From Gordius albopunctatus (Eukaryota): 64,000 nt of DNA. Location: positions 1,302,001 through 1,366,000 of the forward strand of contig OZ193909.1 in assembly GCA_964276515.1 (NCBI GenBank). Direction: 5' to 3'. Both the position numbers and the translations under genes were made by a program. Below, one piece after another: positions 47,801-62,800 of this stretch (positions within the stretch are counted from its first letter, which is position 1; each line of letters opens with the position of its first letter). The notes under the pieces were generated by a model. That model had not been told where the DNA came from. It saw only the letters and a program-made list of their open reading frames with translations, and did not search any database.

Positions 47801-50800
47801 CCCAAGGATTTACGAATGGATCGACCGGCTTTATCAAACAAATTTTTACCATGCTTCCCTTCACCCTTTTCGTGCTGGACCAAATGAGGTGGTCCATCTT
47901 TAGGGGAGGAATCTAAATCGGAACTCGTTTCTTCTTGGGTTAAATCGCCTTCGAGCGGATTATCGGGATCTTTGGGTGGGTGCTTAAGCTTGAATTTGTC
48001 AATTTTGTCTCCTACGTTGTCGATCGACTTACGAATGGAATGGGATGCCTTTTCGAAAATGTTTTTCGATTTCTTTTCTCCGTCGGACGACGACGTTAAA
48101 GCAGCTTGGTCCATTTTATCGGACCCCTTTTCGCGCGTCATCTTCAATTTATCTTCAATCTTATCGACCACATGATGGGCCGAAACAGAGATATCGTGTC
48201 CGAACTGTGTTAAGGAATGGGCCATTTTATCGCCCACTTCTCGCAGAGCATTAGGCTCCTCTCCCTGATGAGGCATATCAAAGGTAGGACTGGCTTTATC
48301 AGCAAGTTGTTCATGACTTTCTTTGGATTTTAGGGCATGAGGCTCGTGAAGACCTACAGCTTTCAATTTAGTCCCTATCTCACCGATAGATTTGCGAATG
48401 GTGTTAGAAGCTTTTTCAAATACGTTTTGGCCGTCGCCTTTAGTCTCGATAATTCCCTCTTGCTTTGCTAGTAAGGGTTGAGCTTTACACTCGGCCTCCA
48501 CCAGAGCTTCCTTTATGCTGCCCGATAGCTCATCTCCGTATTGGTCTATTGCCTTGGGCACTCCAGTGCCAGCAGCTGTCACAACTGGAGTCTTTATATC
48601 ACGGATTTGCTCCGCGTTTTCGGATGGGTGGGTCATCTTGGTCCCTATATTTTCGAAAGACTGTACTTTTATATCGCCAGAATGTGCCTCTACATCATCC
48701 GGAGAGTGTTTAATCTTAGCAGTTTCGTCCAAGTGTTTATGCGTGGGCAACGTCACTTTGTGCGCGATGTTTTCTATCGACTTTCTAATAGAACGAGTGG
48801 CTTTATCCAAGACATTCCTGCCGTCAGAATGCTCGCGTTCCACATCATCAGGGATATGTTCGGCCTCACCTTTGTGGCGATGTTTTTCCGTAGGATGAGC
48901 TATTATATGTCCGATATGTTCCAACGATTTCCTGAGCGATTGCGTAGCTTTTTCATCGGAGGGCTCCTCGACGTGATCGAAGGCATGCTTAATTTTGCTA
49001 TCCACGTCCCGCAACGACTTAACGACCGGGGTCGAGGCATCGTGGCTCCAATGATGGGCCGAGTGCAGGATTTTATCGAATTTACCCTTCAAATCTTTCA
49101 TATCGTCCTCGGCACTATGGCCGGTCGACGACTCTAAATGCGCTATATTTTCTTCGACTTGGGCCCGCTTCTCGGCGTCCCGACCGTACATGTGGTTCAT
49201 AACTTGGCCTCGATCCTCGAAATTATGGCGCAAAGAATGGGCTACCCCTTCTAATATACCTTCGTGGTGATGGGGGTGTAAAGGGTGCTGATCCCCAGTG
49301 CCAGCTAAGTGGCTAATACCTTCTACGTGAGGCCGTGGGCCGGTGACCGCTACGCGGGGACTTTGAGGGGCGTGCCCATCAGAGTCGGATAAATTCTTAG
49401 TAGTAGAGTAGAGTATGGGAGGCAAGCGAGAGGTTACTACTACTTCGGGTTCTTGGGTTCTCGTGTAATCGCTCTCGTGATAATGAACCAAACCACTGCC
49501 GCCGCCAGAGACCGGCGTTTGGTCTGCGGTTTTATACCTCGCTTCCCCTTGTAATTGATGTATGTAAGGTGCTGCCGAGTGGTGAGATCTTGAAATAGTT
49601 TTCACGGGCGATGTCTCAGCCCGCTCCATTTTTGGGTTGATATGGTGGTCTTCTTCGGGCCGCGGCGTAATCACGTTTTCGGGCCTCAATTTATCCCCTA
49701 TATCATCCACGAGTTTTTTGATGGATTTCGAAATGGAGGAACTACGTCTTTCCTTGGCAGGTTCGGGCCGCTCTATAACTTCCTGATTCACAGCCTCTCG
49801 CTCGGCCGATTTCAAGATGTCCTCGCCCATAAATTTTCCAGCGGCCAGGGCGGTGGTGGCTCGATCGTCAAAAATTTCGCGTTCTTCTAAACCGGCACGA
49901 ATTAAAGCGTTTGCACCGTTCTCTCCCTTTACTACACTCCCTTTTTTGACGGTTTTATTCGATTCGGTTATACTAAGGCGAGGCTCGTCGTCCAACACTA
50001 TGGGATCACGTGGTTCTAGGTTAGACCCGCGATGTTGGGTAGAAGTCGGGAGGGGACTTTGATGCAATGATGGCGATTGATCTCCGTAATCATGGGGCCC
50101 ATTGGCACCCAATGGCGTCAGGTCGGACATCGGTTTAAGCAAAGGTTCGGGAATCATTTTTTCTTCTCCCTTGTTAACACCTACTTCGCCTTAAGAAATG
50201 TGTTACAATATTTTTCAAAGTAAGTCGTTTCGAGTACAACAAATAAAACAACGGTCATTCGACAGACGCGAAGCAATTACGACGGTCGAGCAACTCGCGA
50301 GGATAAAATAAGTTTTGAGGTCAAACGATGATCAAGGCGCGAAACAAAGAGCGAGCAACAAAGATACGACGAAAGAGAGTGTTACCGAGCGCAAAGGAAG
50401 AGAAGGTAACGCACAGCGGTTAGAGGTTTAAAGATGAGTATATGCGCGAAGAAATGTTGCGAAAATAAAAGGCAATCAGGAAAACGACGACGTGCTTGGG
50501 TTCGCTTCATAAGCCGATCATACGTTTGCCGCAAAAATAAACACGCCACTTATTTTATTATATACTATTAAAATTTGAACAAAATTCAAGGGTAAAAATA
50601 AGCCTCACGTTTCGCTAGAAAGCTTCATATGTTTTGCGAAAAAACGATGTAAGTTTTTGGAAAAATGTACTCGACAGAGAGAAAGTAAGGGTTGAAATAC
50701 AAGCAGAAAATAAGGGCACGTGAGAAATTCGACAAAATATTAGGCAATCTTCCTCGCTCAATCAGAGTTGACGATGGAGTAAATGGAAAACGTGCAAAGG

Positions 50801-53800
50801 TTAATATTACAAGGTGCGCCACTCACTTACAACACTCAGTTTTTACGGGTAAAAGTGAAAATCTAACCTCTCTGTGCAGCTAAGTTGGGTCGTCGCGAAT
50901 CAAGCTGATCGTCGTCCGAATCCGCAACTAATTTTTGTAGCATAGCAATTTTTTCGGGGTGAGACCTTTCCGCCGCGGACTGAGGCGCCATCCTAGATTT
51001 AACTACCACCGGCGTTACTGGGCTTTCTAAATTGCAAGTAGGGAAATATTCGCGAAGTTAAACTTTATTTTTCGCAAGTTGGTAGACCAAAACTTGATAC
51101 GACGGTGAATAGTATATTTATGAAGGGACATTATCCAATACATGTGTTTCTAATAGAATTCGCAACAATTTAAATTAGAGGCCTGCACGAGTGACCCTAA
51201 ACCCGGGCCGGGTTTAAAATTTAAAAATGCTATCGGGTCGGGTCAAAAGTTATCAATTTCGCTCAAAAACCGTTCATTCGTACGAGAACAAAATAATAAC
51301 ATTAATAAACGAAAAAACGCTAAAATTACCCTTTTTTAGTTGTTGAGGAGCCTCGGGTGATGATGGATTGGATTCATCGTGCGGCGACTAAATCGAAATA
51401 TTAAATAAAATCAATTAAATTTTGATAAGAAAATACTTAATTTCGCGAAATTTTGATTTATAATTTTAAAGATTTAAAAAATAAAATAACGATATAACCG
51501 TAATGTTGTCGCCTAGTTCGCGTGGAGCTCGCCTTTTTCCATCGTTGGAAGAAGATCCATGGCCCCCTTCTCTATATTCGTCATATTCTAAATTCATATA
51601 TGTCAAAAATTAATTTACCAACAAAAACCATCAAGTGACGCTAAAAATACAATAAAACTGGAGCTTAAATTATCAGGGAATAGTAATAATGCGTTTGGCA
51701 ACGAGCTGGCTTACCTCAAGGTTGAACCCACAAAAACAACGTTGGAGATTAGGTGGTGCGTATACATGCCAAAATATCAAAAGCATATAATGCTAAATAA
51801 AGGCAAAATCATCTTTAGTCTTTTGCCATTTTAGATTTTCTGTACTTTATCTTCTACATATGTACACCCTTTTTAATAGGTACGAATTAAATCGGTGGCT
51901 TTTGGAACTTTTAACGAATTTTCGAGAACTCCAATGGTAAAGGTGGTCACGAAGACCTCCATTAATAAGTTAAACTTTTCCTAAAATTATACAGTAGATA
52001 AATACTGTAGGTGGTCATATTTTAAACACTCCGTCGGTCGGGTGGGGTCATAATGACCCCAAGCCGTTTAAAAACGCTGTAAAAAAATTTAGTGAATATT
52101 ACAATTTCATTTTTTCAGTAGCTTAACAAAATTTACCTTAGAATATCTCTGCAAAATTTGGCTAGTTTTTATCCAATAGTTTTTAAGATAGAGCGTGTTT
52201 TATATGCCTGGGGTCTTCCAGGACCCCACGTTCCACAATATGAACAAAGAAATTTTTTTTTTGAAATATATTATTAAAACCCATTATCGTAAGCCCATGT
52301 GTGAAGAAATTTTTTGTATATATTTCTTTTTATTGAAAATATTCAAATTTTAAACTCTAATTTTCACGTGTTAATTTTTCCTCGTGGTATTTCATAGTGC
52401 TTATTTGTGTGATTTTTCCCGCGTTTTTTAATTTTTAATATGTCTAATCTTGAAAAGTGCAATATTTTTGATGTATCTCTTCGTATGAAGATGGTATATA
52501 CAGATAACGGTTATAATAACATTTTATCAAGTAGTTATTGATGATTCTGATGATTACATCTACCTACATGAGTGGTCATGAATCTGAAATGGGATATGAA
52601 GAAGAGTTAATTGATATGCCTAACAGAAATAGTTTTAAATTACTTATTACATATGAAAGAGTTGATTATAGTGAAATTTAGCAACCAGAGAACACAAGAT
52701 AAAATTACTCTCAAATAACTCGATGCTATTATAGGCATATTGTATTTTTTAGATATGTACAATAAATTTATACCTTATAATTGATTTTTTATTTGTATAA
52801 ATTGAATCATCAAAACCTCAATGACTTATTGAGCAGAGATGACTTGAACATTTTTAGAGCAAAAATGTCACATTTGTATATATATTTTGTAAATTTTCAA
52901 ATGAATAAATATAATTAGTATTCTGTACCTTTTAGGTTATATCACTTGAGACAAAGTGACCAGATTTAAGCATTTTATCTCAAATAATTAGAATTTGTGA
53001 CTAAAAATATATGTATAAAATAAAATATGTATATAACTATTTTTATAGCCTCATAAAATTTCTTATATAACATTTTTCACTTAAATTTTTTTCATATTAT
53101 TAATTTTTATCTTTTATTATGAATCTGTATAAAAAAATTTATAAGATAACATTTCAATTTATAAGAATATGAGTTGAGACCAACAGTAACTTTTTTTGCT
53201 ATAAAAAACTAAAGGCCAAAAATTGCCTAAGTTTGAACATCTCAATTTTTTGTTTTTGGGTTGATTATTACCAAATTTTTCACATTTATAGTTTCAACCT
53301 TCTTTTATAAGATCTTATTAATTAAACCATAAAATATAATATAGTTTTTTTTTGGGTATGAGGCAAAATAGTTATTAGGGGAACTATTTTGAGGGTCCTT
53401 CTAAATATAGATATAAAATTTTAAGCACTTGATCAAATAGCCAGATTAATATATTAATGAACGTATAAGAGTTGAAATATTATTCTTGCAAATTTTGACA
53501 AGTTTATATTATAAAACGTGGAAGTTATAGCTATTTATAGTTTGGGGTAATTATGAACCATCCGTGTTAGCATTTTAGACCCGACCGATGGAGTGTTAAT
53601 AAAGTACCTCCTCCCCGGCTAGAAAACATGTCCATATCGGTCCCTCTTGTCCTGTTTTGTCCCTTATTACAATACACCTTAATCTATAATTTCACCCTTA
53701 AAGCTTCTAACCAACAACAGTTAATATGTTCCCTGACCACTCTGCCCCCCCCCCTTGTAGTGCCGCAAACGGGTTGGTTTTCTTTGGTTGACCTTTGGTC

Positions 53801-56800
53801 TTAGTCGACTACACATAAACAGACCACAGGTTTTCCTTGCATGAAACGCCCCCCAAACTAACCGTAATGGTCTAAGCTATCGTCCAGGGTATGGTCGGTG
53901 AAGGCTGGGGCATCCTTGTGGGACACGACCCGATCTGTTAGGGCCGATGGGGTAGAAGAAGGCAAAATACCGTTCAGGGTCCTGGCGCCACCGATTTTGC
54001 CAGTAGCCGGGGTCGCCGCGGTTATGCTAGACCAAGGGCAATGCTGTATAACGTCCTCGCGATTGATGTTACGAAGAGCTCGCTCCATCGCTTCGTCTAT
54101 ATAGAGCAGTTTAGAATTGAGATAATAGAAACATTATTTCGCATTCAAAAAAACGGGGTTTCTGGGTTCAGATCCCACTTCTGACACCATTTTTGTAGAC
54201 TTGTAAAACAATTTTTTTGTTTTGAAATAAAATAAATCGTTTTACAAGTCTACAAAAATGTCTTCAGATTAATTTACAATTTAATTTAAATTTTAAAATT
54301 TGAAATAGAGAGAGTATACCGAGAAAAAATGAACGTATTATTGGTATTACATTTGGTGCAACACTTATATTTTGGCATCAACGGGGGGGGGGGGCGTTTC
54401 TAATTTGTACTGAACCTTGAATGAAATTTCTACGACCCGAGCCAGGCCCGAAAGACTTTTTTTTATTTTCGGGCGGCCCGTGCATGGATCTATGATGGGC
54501 ATATACTAAGAAGGGAGACGCATTATGTGTGTGTCTTGAAAAGTGCTGGACATGGAGGTACCGGGGAAGAGGACGCCCTCGTGTCACGTGGAAAGGACAA
54601 GTGGACAAAGTTATGAATGCTGCCAAGAAGTTACCCGATCCATGATGGAGGAACCTCATCAAAAAAAACCCCACGACTGTGGGACCAAATTCTTGAAATG
54701 TACTTGACTAATGGAGTAAGGCAATTTTTAAGCAAACAATAAACATAAATCCGTTAAAATTCGTATAAGATTCCCTTCCCTGAGCTACGCCTCTAACATA
54801 TACACACCACCACGAATCTTTTGGTCTCTGTTTTTCTTGATCGACCGCCAGGCTTAGTCGAAATTCGAAAAAAAGACCCAGAGTCGGGCGTTAATCTTAG
54901 TTGAAATAAATTTTTATAACTCCCCACTACAAAGTTAATGTGCCCAAACATCGTAAAAAAGGGCAAAAAATACAGACGTAATAATATCGCTGCTGTAATA
55001 CGAAAAAACACATTTTACGAGATTGATGTTCGGGTTGGTGTTGGCCCTTGCGTTTCCAGGCGACGAGCATGACTTTCGCCTGATGGTTCACATTTTGCGG
55101 GAATTCTCGTTGGATATCCTCGATTTCGTGGTCTGCAAAGTTTAATTGGCGAGCTAACCTCACCCAATCCTCTCGCAATGGTCGAGCCAACTGGTCAATC
55201 ATCTGGTCCGGAGCTAGGATCATTTCGCGACCTGCCCCAAAATAACACGATTAAAAGGGAAACGCTGTTAAATTATAGACTAAGATAAGAATGTAGAGGT
55301 ATTATCATTGATAAAATAGATAGTTTTATTAACGGTTTCTAAAGTGTTCATTTTGCAAATTACTTAAAATCACGATAAATTTCTAGTTTGCAAACCAAAA
55401 ACTTCTTATTAGTCATTTACTTGTTAAGTAATATATATAAATTGCTTGACACCATCTCGTTATCAAAAAGATATTTTTACGCTAAAAACTTAAGAAATCA
55501 GCGCTACGACATATATAACTCATTTAGCGTTTTTAGTAAATTTTTGCAATTAATGTTCAAATAAATGATCTAGCAATCTACAGTTTGTTTTCTAAATAGA
55601 AATGTAAATGAAGTTGCGCTAAGAATTTTATAATTATTTCGAGACAACACCTTGATTATTCACTTACAAGGTAAAAGTTTGCTTAAAAACTAAAAAAAAA
55701 CTAACAAATCTTTTGTAAAGTAATTTAATTTATAAAGTTTCACAAATATATTAGTTTTTTTTACCAATGCCTAGGTCGTTGAGAAAGGATTTGCTCCAAG
55801 CCGATCCATTTTGTTCAGCCGCTGTGACATCCATACAATCCGGCTATTTGTTTGCGATATGAAAAACAGAGATTTTAATCAATTCGGAGATCTCTCCAAG
55901 TATATAAACTTTGCATGGATTTGGGTGGAGAAATAAGGTTAAGAAAAATCTTCGATTAAAACCCGATTTAATGGCACAGAGGGGTGTTTTCAAAACACAA
56001 GTTGTAAACTTTGCCAAATGAACCCATTGCCAAAAATAATTGTGGGCCAGCGGGTGGGGGGCGGGCTGATGCGCGGCGCGCTCTCTCTACACACTAGGTT
56101 AAATTTTGACACGACCTAGCTTAGGAAAAAGGCAAGAAACTGTGTTTGCGTGGTGCTGTGAGAAAAACTGGGATAAACTATCATTATGAGCTAAATTGAT
56201 ATTTTTCCAATACACATTTACGTACACATAAATAATATATCAACTTTCACGGGCGTAACCAGCTTTGGAATTTGAGGGGGGGGGAGGGGAATAATGAATG
56301 ATTTAGGGAAAGGGCAAAATGATCTCTCTTTTTTTCGGAAATTTTAGCCACAATTTTCGATAAATTTCATCAAATTTTTGGGGTTTAGAGGGGAGTGAAT
56401 GCCAAGGGTAGAGGTTTAGTTTAATTTTTTATTGAAACATTGTGGCTTAGACGGGATCCAGTATATTTTTAGCGCGAGTGGAATGGGGGGAGATACCCGA
56501 GACGAGACGACGACCTTGATTGATTTAAACTAAAAACTGGAATGCGGCTACGAAAGTTTAGGAACGTTTTCACACGCACTCGACGAAAGATGGAAGAAAA
56601 CCTGCAACGAAAGGTTGGTGTTTACCGTTAAGAAGGCAAAACAGCGCGCCGAGTCGATAAGACAAAACCCCCCCCCCCCAGAAGGTCGGGTGCAGTTGAC
56701 AAATTCCACGCTCATTCTTTTAACAAACCCACGCAAAATTTATGCCTAGCTCACTTTTGGGTTAAAACTGTTATAAGGGCTTGTCTTAATATCGGGTTTT

Positions 56801-59800
56801 GCGGCGCAGCAAATTCGTCGCACGGGTTTTATTCGAATTCACGACAGGTTTACATTTGAGACGCATAACATAACAACAGCGATTTTGTAAGATGCAAAAT
56901 TTTTCCTAAGCTTAAATGTTGTATGTTTTTAAATTTTTAGGTATCAGCAAAGTTTAGATCTAATCTTAAGAGTTGAAATAAACGAAAAAACGTTTTTAAC
57001 TATCAAAAAACAAAAATATTAATCGTCACAACCTTCCTTGACTTATGAAATTGGATGGGATATTTAGAAAAAAATAAATTGGCGCAATTTGAATCTGAAT
57101 CCGATATTAACTTTATAACAGACCCCAAAAGAACTCGAGAGAAGACAGATGTGTTGGTGCCGAGTGCTTAATTGCCGCGCATTATCAGAGAACACTACAA
57201 AACTCATTTTTTGTTGTGACATTAGAGAATGGGCTGCGAAATAACTAGGTTGAGTGCGCTAATTTTTTTGGTCTAAAAAATTGGTTTGCGCCATATGTTT
57301 CACGCAATGTTCATGTCAATTATCGATCGATCGATCGATTAATTGGTTATCGATAAGGGGTCGAGGTCGAGGCGGCTGTGTATACCACATTTCCCATGCT
57401 GTTTGACAAAGTACCTTTTTACTTTCCCGTAAAACTTTAAGAAGGGGGAGGGGGCCAAGCCTATAGAAGTTCAAGTGCCCAGTGGTGTTCGCCGCAATGG
57501 CTCTACCCCAAATATCGAATTATTGCCCAAAATTGGCTTTAAACAGATCGGAAAAGTTGCACAATATTCTATTTGTAAATTGAGGATAAAATTCGAAGTC
57601 TTAAAGATTTTTTATGTCGAGGGTGTAATTTTCAATTCAACAAAACTGTAAATTTTAAAGAAAGGTACACGTAGGTGATATAAGCTCACGATATCGACTA
57701 ATTAAAGAAACACGAGACGGGTCCTTTTATTTGAAAATAAGTCATCTACTTTGATTTTTCCCGTATTTTAAATCATAATCCTATTAAATTTTGATATGAA
57801 ATCGTTTATCTATTGGCACCTAGCGTTGAAATATATCTATTCGACTAGTGTTGACATAACTTGCCTTCGATATCATGTATAACGGGTTTTGTTTGGTTCT
57901 AAGTCGATAAAAGCAGCTATTCTATGCTTGAAATAATTACTTTTCATGAATTATAGCTGCCCGGAGTGGTTAAATTAGTTTAAAGCCATCTTAAACACTG
58001 TTCATTCGAATGCAAAAAATGGAAATTAAGAGTTATGAGAATAATTTACCATAATTTCGTTGGGTAGCACCACGTTGAGTGTGCATATGGGTGGCGAGGG
58101 CTCTCCGCTGCCGGTAGTCCTGCGGGCTTCTCGTAGAAATAGTAGTCTTCCGATGGGTTCTTGATGTGGGTCCTTGATCCGGACACGGAAGGCCAATCTA
58201 TTTTCTTGGAATGGTCTGAATTTCGTGGCCAGACCCGATGTGGGGGTGAATTCTGAAGGTTGAACCACGGTTAACACTTCCCCAGTTGCCAAGGGTGTAG
58301 AGGAAGCACCATGAATTGTGCTCTCGCTCGACGACGGAAACAGTTCGCCTTTGGAAGGGGTCGCGTCTGCCAGGTGCTGCCCTTGATCCGTTTTAGTTAC
58401 CGTCACCAAATTACCCACCATCTCGACGTATTGCAACTTGTTGTCCAACACCTATAAAATAAATTGGTTTTGAAGCTAATCAGGGACTCGAAGGAAAACT
58501 TTAAGAAATGGCGGCAAACAAAAAGTGCTTTTGGCCAGGCCTTAAAATCTTCAATAATAAAAGAAATTTGTTGCTTTATGTTATAAAGGTAAATCAGTCG
58601 GGCACAAAAAATTGAGGCAACCAGCGGTCATTAGCTAGTGTATTTGCGAAAGCAAAATAAAAAGTCTTTCACGGAAGCATAAGAGTCCACAGCCATCAAA
58701 AACTCGTCTACGTTTCCATGGCAATTATGCAAAAATTACAAGTTGGATAGTACGGACGGAGAACCAAGTGCGAGCCCATAAATTGCATAGCATTTCATAA
58801 AAGTTTTATATACTAAATTGAACTATTCATTTTTCACGCATTCTCATTAGAGCCCTGTGCAAAGTTTCTTTTTTCAACCCGAAACCGACCCGAAAGCGTT
58901 TTAAATTTTTCAACCGAATTTCACACACATATGTGACAACGTTAAAAAAAGCCAAGTTACTAAATTTACTAAATTTGTCATCTAACCTCGACGTCGCGAC
59001 TTTGGGCAACTTCGGTGAAATGTTCTTGCTCTTCCAACGTTTTTTCCATTTTATCATCCGTGACCGTGAAAGCGCGCATCAGGGCTTCGTTCTGGTCTCG
59101 GCGCTTGGCGTAAACCAGCATGCGGACCATGTAGGGGACGTGGCTGGCTTCGCGAAATACTTCGGTAGCGAATTTGGTGGCATCGTTTACTTGCCGACAA
59201 TCCATAAGCCAAAACCTATGTTAAAAAAGGAGCGTAAATTTTTTTTGTTTTATTTTTATAGATGACATATTTCGTGAAAATGAAAGAAATAAAGATTAAA
59301 AAGTTAATATAAATTGCGTAGCGATGAAATAAATATTTGGAAAATATTCCGATGATTTTGTTTAAAAAAGAGTCAAAATTAGATAGACCATTCATCAAAA
59401 ACATCGATTTCTTAATGATATTTAATAGTGTAAATTAGTATAAATCAGATTTTATGTTGTTGCAATTTCGTCCATTTATTTCATAGATTAGTCAGACTGC
59501 TTATGTCATATGTTTAATATGGTAAAATGTGTAATATCCACCATTTTGAAGTAGTGTACCCCATTGTTAAACAGAAAAAATGAATTTACATTCCTCATTA
59601 GAGTTAATTAATAAAAAAGAATCTTAATAAATGATTATTTAACTTTAACATCCCATCATCACAATATTTTTATTAATTTTTATACGATAGATATATTTTG
59701 TAAAAAATGCTGAGATTAATGTTTAACTAGTTCAATATTTTTGCATTACGTTTTAAAAATATCTTAATTAACCAAAATCACTATAATCTATATGTGTGTG

Positions 59801-62800
59801 TCCTTTTTGCCCCTTATTAGTGCACATTTCAAAATGGCGGAGGAAAAATGGTACACTTATTCAAAGTGCAGCTACCTAGTTTGTGGCCCAAAGAGAGACT
59901 TGATCACAATGTATCGAAGCAAAAATGATGATAATGTCATTGCGTAACTTAAATTTCGAAATCTTTAACCTATATGAAGGTTCAGATTCAAGAGCCTCTA
60001 ACCTTTGATTATTCTAACTTCCTGGTTTCCAATCCAAAAACTAGGCATAAATTTTGTTTTATCAGAATTCTCTTATAAATGAGAGATATTGAGGGGGTTA
60101 GACTTGATCTTTGAACAAGAGCTCGCCGGTTTAAATCCCGCTTTCAGCCATTCATTTCAAAAAGATGCAAATATATCACATCGTCAACACGGCTTTCAAA
60201 CGTGGATAGCCTAGCGTCACCCCTCATCCATATATGATCTAAAGAAGCTGACCACCTTTGTGTTGCAAGCAAACAGCTATTGGAAACATTTTGCCTTAAA
60301 TAAAAATATTCCATTCTTATTTGGAGGGAGAATATCATAAAAATTCTCATAATTAAATGAAACGTCCAAACTCCAAACGCTCCCTTCGTCCATTCTTAGT
60401 TCCTTTGAGAAAAATAAGGATTTCCATCTTTTTCCCAGACGCACACATTGGCACAGCCAGCATTGGAATTAGAGGAGCGGAGCAATACGGATTTAGTGAG
60501 GGGCAAAATCAGCATTTTTTGAGAAATTTTCTCCATAATTTTAATAAATCTAAACAAATTTTTGGATATAGAGGGGGAGAGCCCCCCCCCCTCGCTTCGC
60601 CTAGGAATACAAGTCATTTTGGCAAAAATTAACTGAGCGATGGATTACCTAGCGGAAACGGTGGTCGTAAAGGATACGTAATTATTAACGAACGTCAGCG
60701 GGGTCGATCCCGTTATATCTTCCCATTGAGCCGGCGTTGTTCCACCTTAAAAAACAAAACCAAAAAATATTACTTTTTAAAAAATTATTTTAAAGACGTC
60801 TAAAAAAATTAAAACCCTAGTAAAAATACATTATTTTGTGAAATAAAAAAAAATAGGTAATATAAATAATTATTAAAACATTCCGATACTGCTGTTGAAT
60901 TATATATTTACAAATAGTATCGTCTACTTTCTGTCTCATACAAAAACATACGCGATTATTACGAGAAGGCAAAGAAATTTGTTTCCCTAATTTAAAAAAA
61001 TAATTTTTAATTGGCGCATAAGTGTTTAGAAAAGAGAAGAGTTATTTTCGTTCTCGTATCCTTTTATTAAGTTCATTATATATTGAATAACCTTTTCAGG
61101 ATAAAGCATATTTCTAGAAATTTCGTAATTTTCACGGAATTTACGGCTGGCACAAAAAAAATGTTGAATTCAAAGAGTAAGAAGTACCAGTTATGCTGCA
61201 CAGCAATCTGAGGGTGCCCGGAGGAGCTTCGTTGGAATTATTGTATTGGTTGATCATGCCTTTGGTGGAGGCTTGGGGCAGGGGAATGGTCAGAGTTATG
61301 GGTTTGTGAAATTTTCTCCGCCTGGGTTCTATGGTTACCACGGGACTTACAGCCACGCGGTTCCCCAGCATCTTGCTCACCATGTCGCGCGAGATGGGAT
61401 GGGCCTGCCACGGGCACAATAAAAAGTTAGGGGTGACTTTATTGGACTCTTCCAAACTGTTTCGCGTGCCAAACAAAGCGGTAAAATTAGGTAAAAACTG
61501 ACTGCTAGTGGGAGGAGGAGGAATAGTTAATTGGATTTTGAGATTTTTTTACGGTAACAGTATCTTGCCGCCTGCCACTAACGATAAAATGGCCGACACG
61601 TGATCGAAGCAAAAGGCTAATTTCAAAAATATTATTTCCCCGCTACTCCTCGTGCCATACATATTGGCACCTACTTTGACAAACAATTTACATTAAATAT
61701 TTTTAGTTTAGCTGCCGAGTTTACAACATTAATCGCTTCATATTTTTAAAATGATTTAGGAAAGGGGCAAAATGAACATTTTTAAAAAATTTTCTCCATA
61801 ATTTTAATATTTTTTTGGATTTAGAGGAAGGTAACCGCCCCTCCCTGCCCTCACCCCCCTGGCTACGCCTCCGGTTATTACAAAGGGTCATACTTTTCAA
61901 CGTAATCGCTTAAATTTTTTTAATTCAAAACATAGAAACATTCCAATCTAGATGCTCAAAACATATCTAAAATCCCGCATAAGCAATAAGTGTACTTGGA
62001 GTCCTATTCGTATCCTCTTGGTAAGGGCCCCTTCGGGAAACATGGCTTGAACCATGGGCACTATAGTCGAACTAATGATACCACCCTCGGGTCCTATGGT
62101 GTGAGTTTCTTGGTGGATTCTAGACACTATGGCGAAGTAGAGGGGAAAATCGTTGGTTAGGATCCTCGTTATTCTGGTCGTATGCAAGTCGTCCAATGCA
62201 TCTGTGTTAAAGGTTGAGACAGAAGATTCACAGGTTTAGGTAGTTGACTTGTAATGTTTTTTTCGGTTCGCGTTCGATTAACGTAATAAAACTTTACAAA
62301 AAAGAATTTTTCAACTTGTACCATGTGGCGTTGTAAAAATGGCTGCACTTTTTTTGTCGACCTTTAGTTTAACTAAGGCTAACGGTCGATTCTGGTCTGG
62401 TTTTGAAATTTGGACTAAACCTAGAGGCCGAGTCAGAAAACCAGACCAAAAAGCTTGTGTCTGTCTGTCTATGTTTGGTCGACTAAACAACACGCAGGCA
62501 TACACTAGTGTACATCATTAACAATTGGTTCGTTAAGGAAGGAAGCGCTGCATTAGCGTCGTTTACATGATCGCGAATTCGGCAAAAAAACACTTAATTT
62601 CGTATTACGTACACGCATCCTGAAATCAACGGATTTAAAGATATTTGACCCAATCTTACGTTATTGAGCTGTAACGAGTTACGAATCTCTTTAAAATTTG
62701 TCCACATCGCAAATAGTGCTGTAAAAATGGGTGATGGGGTTTGAATAAAATTTTAGGGTTTTGTACCTTCGCCGTCGAAGCTTTCGTTCAAGACTTCCTG

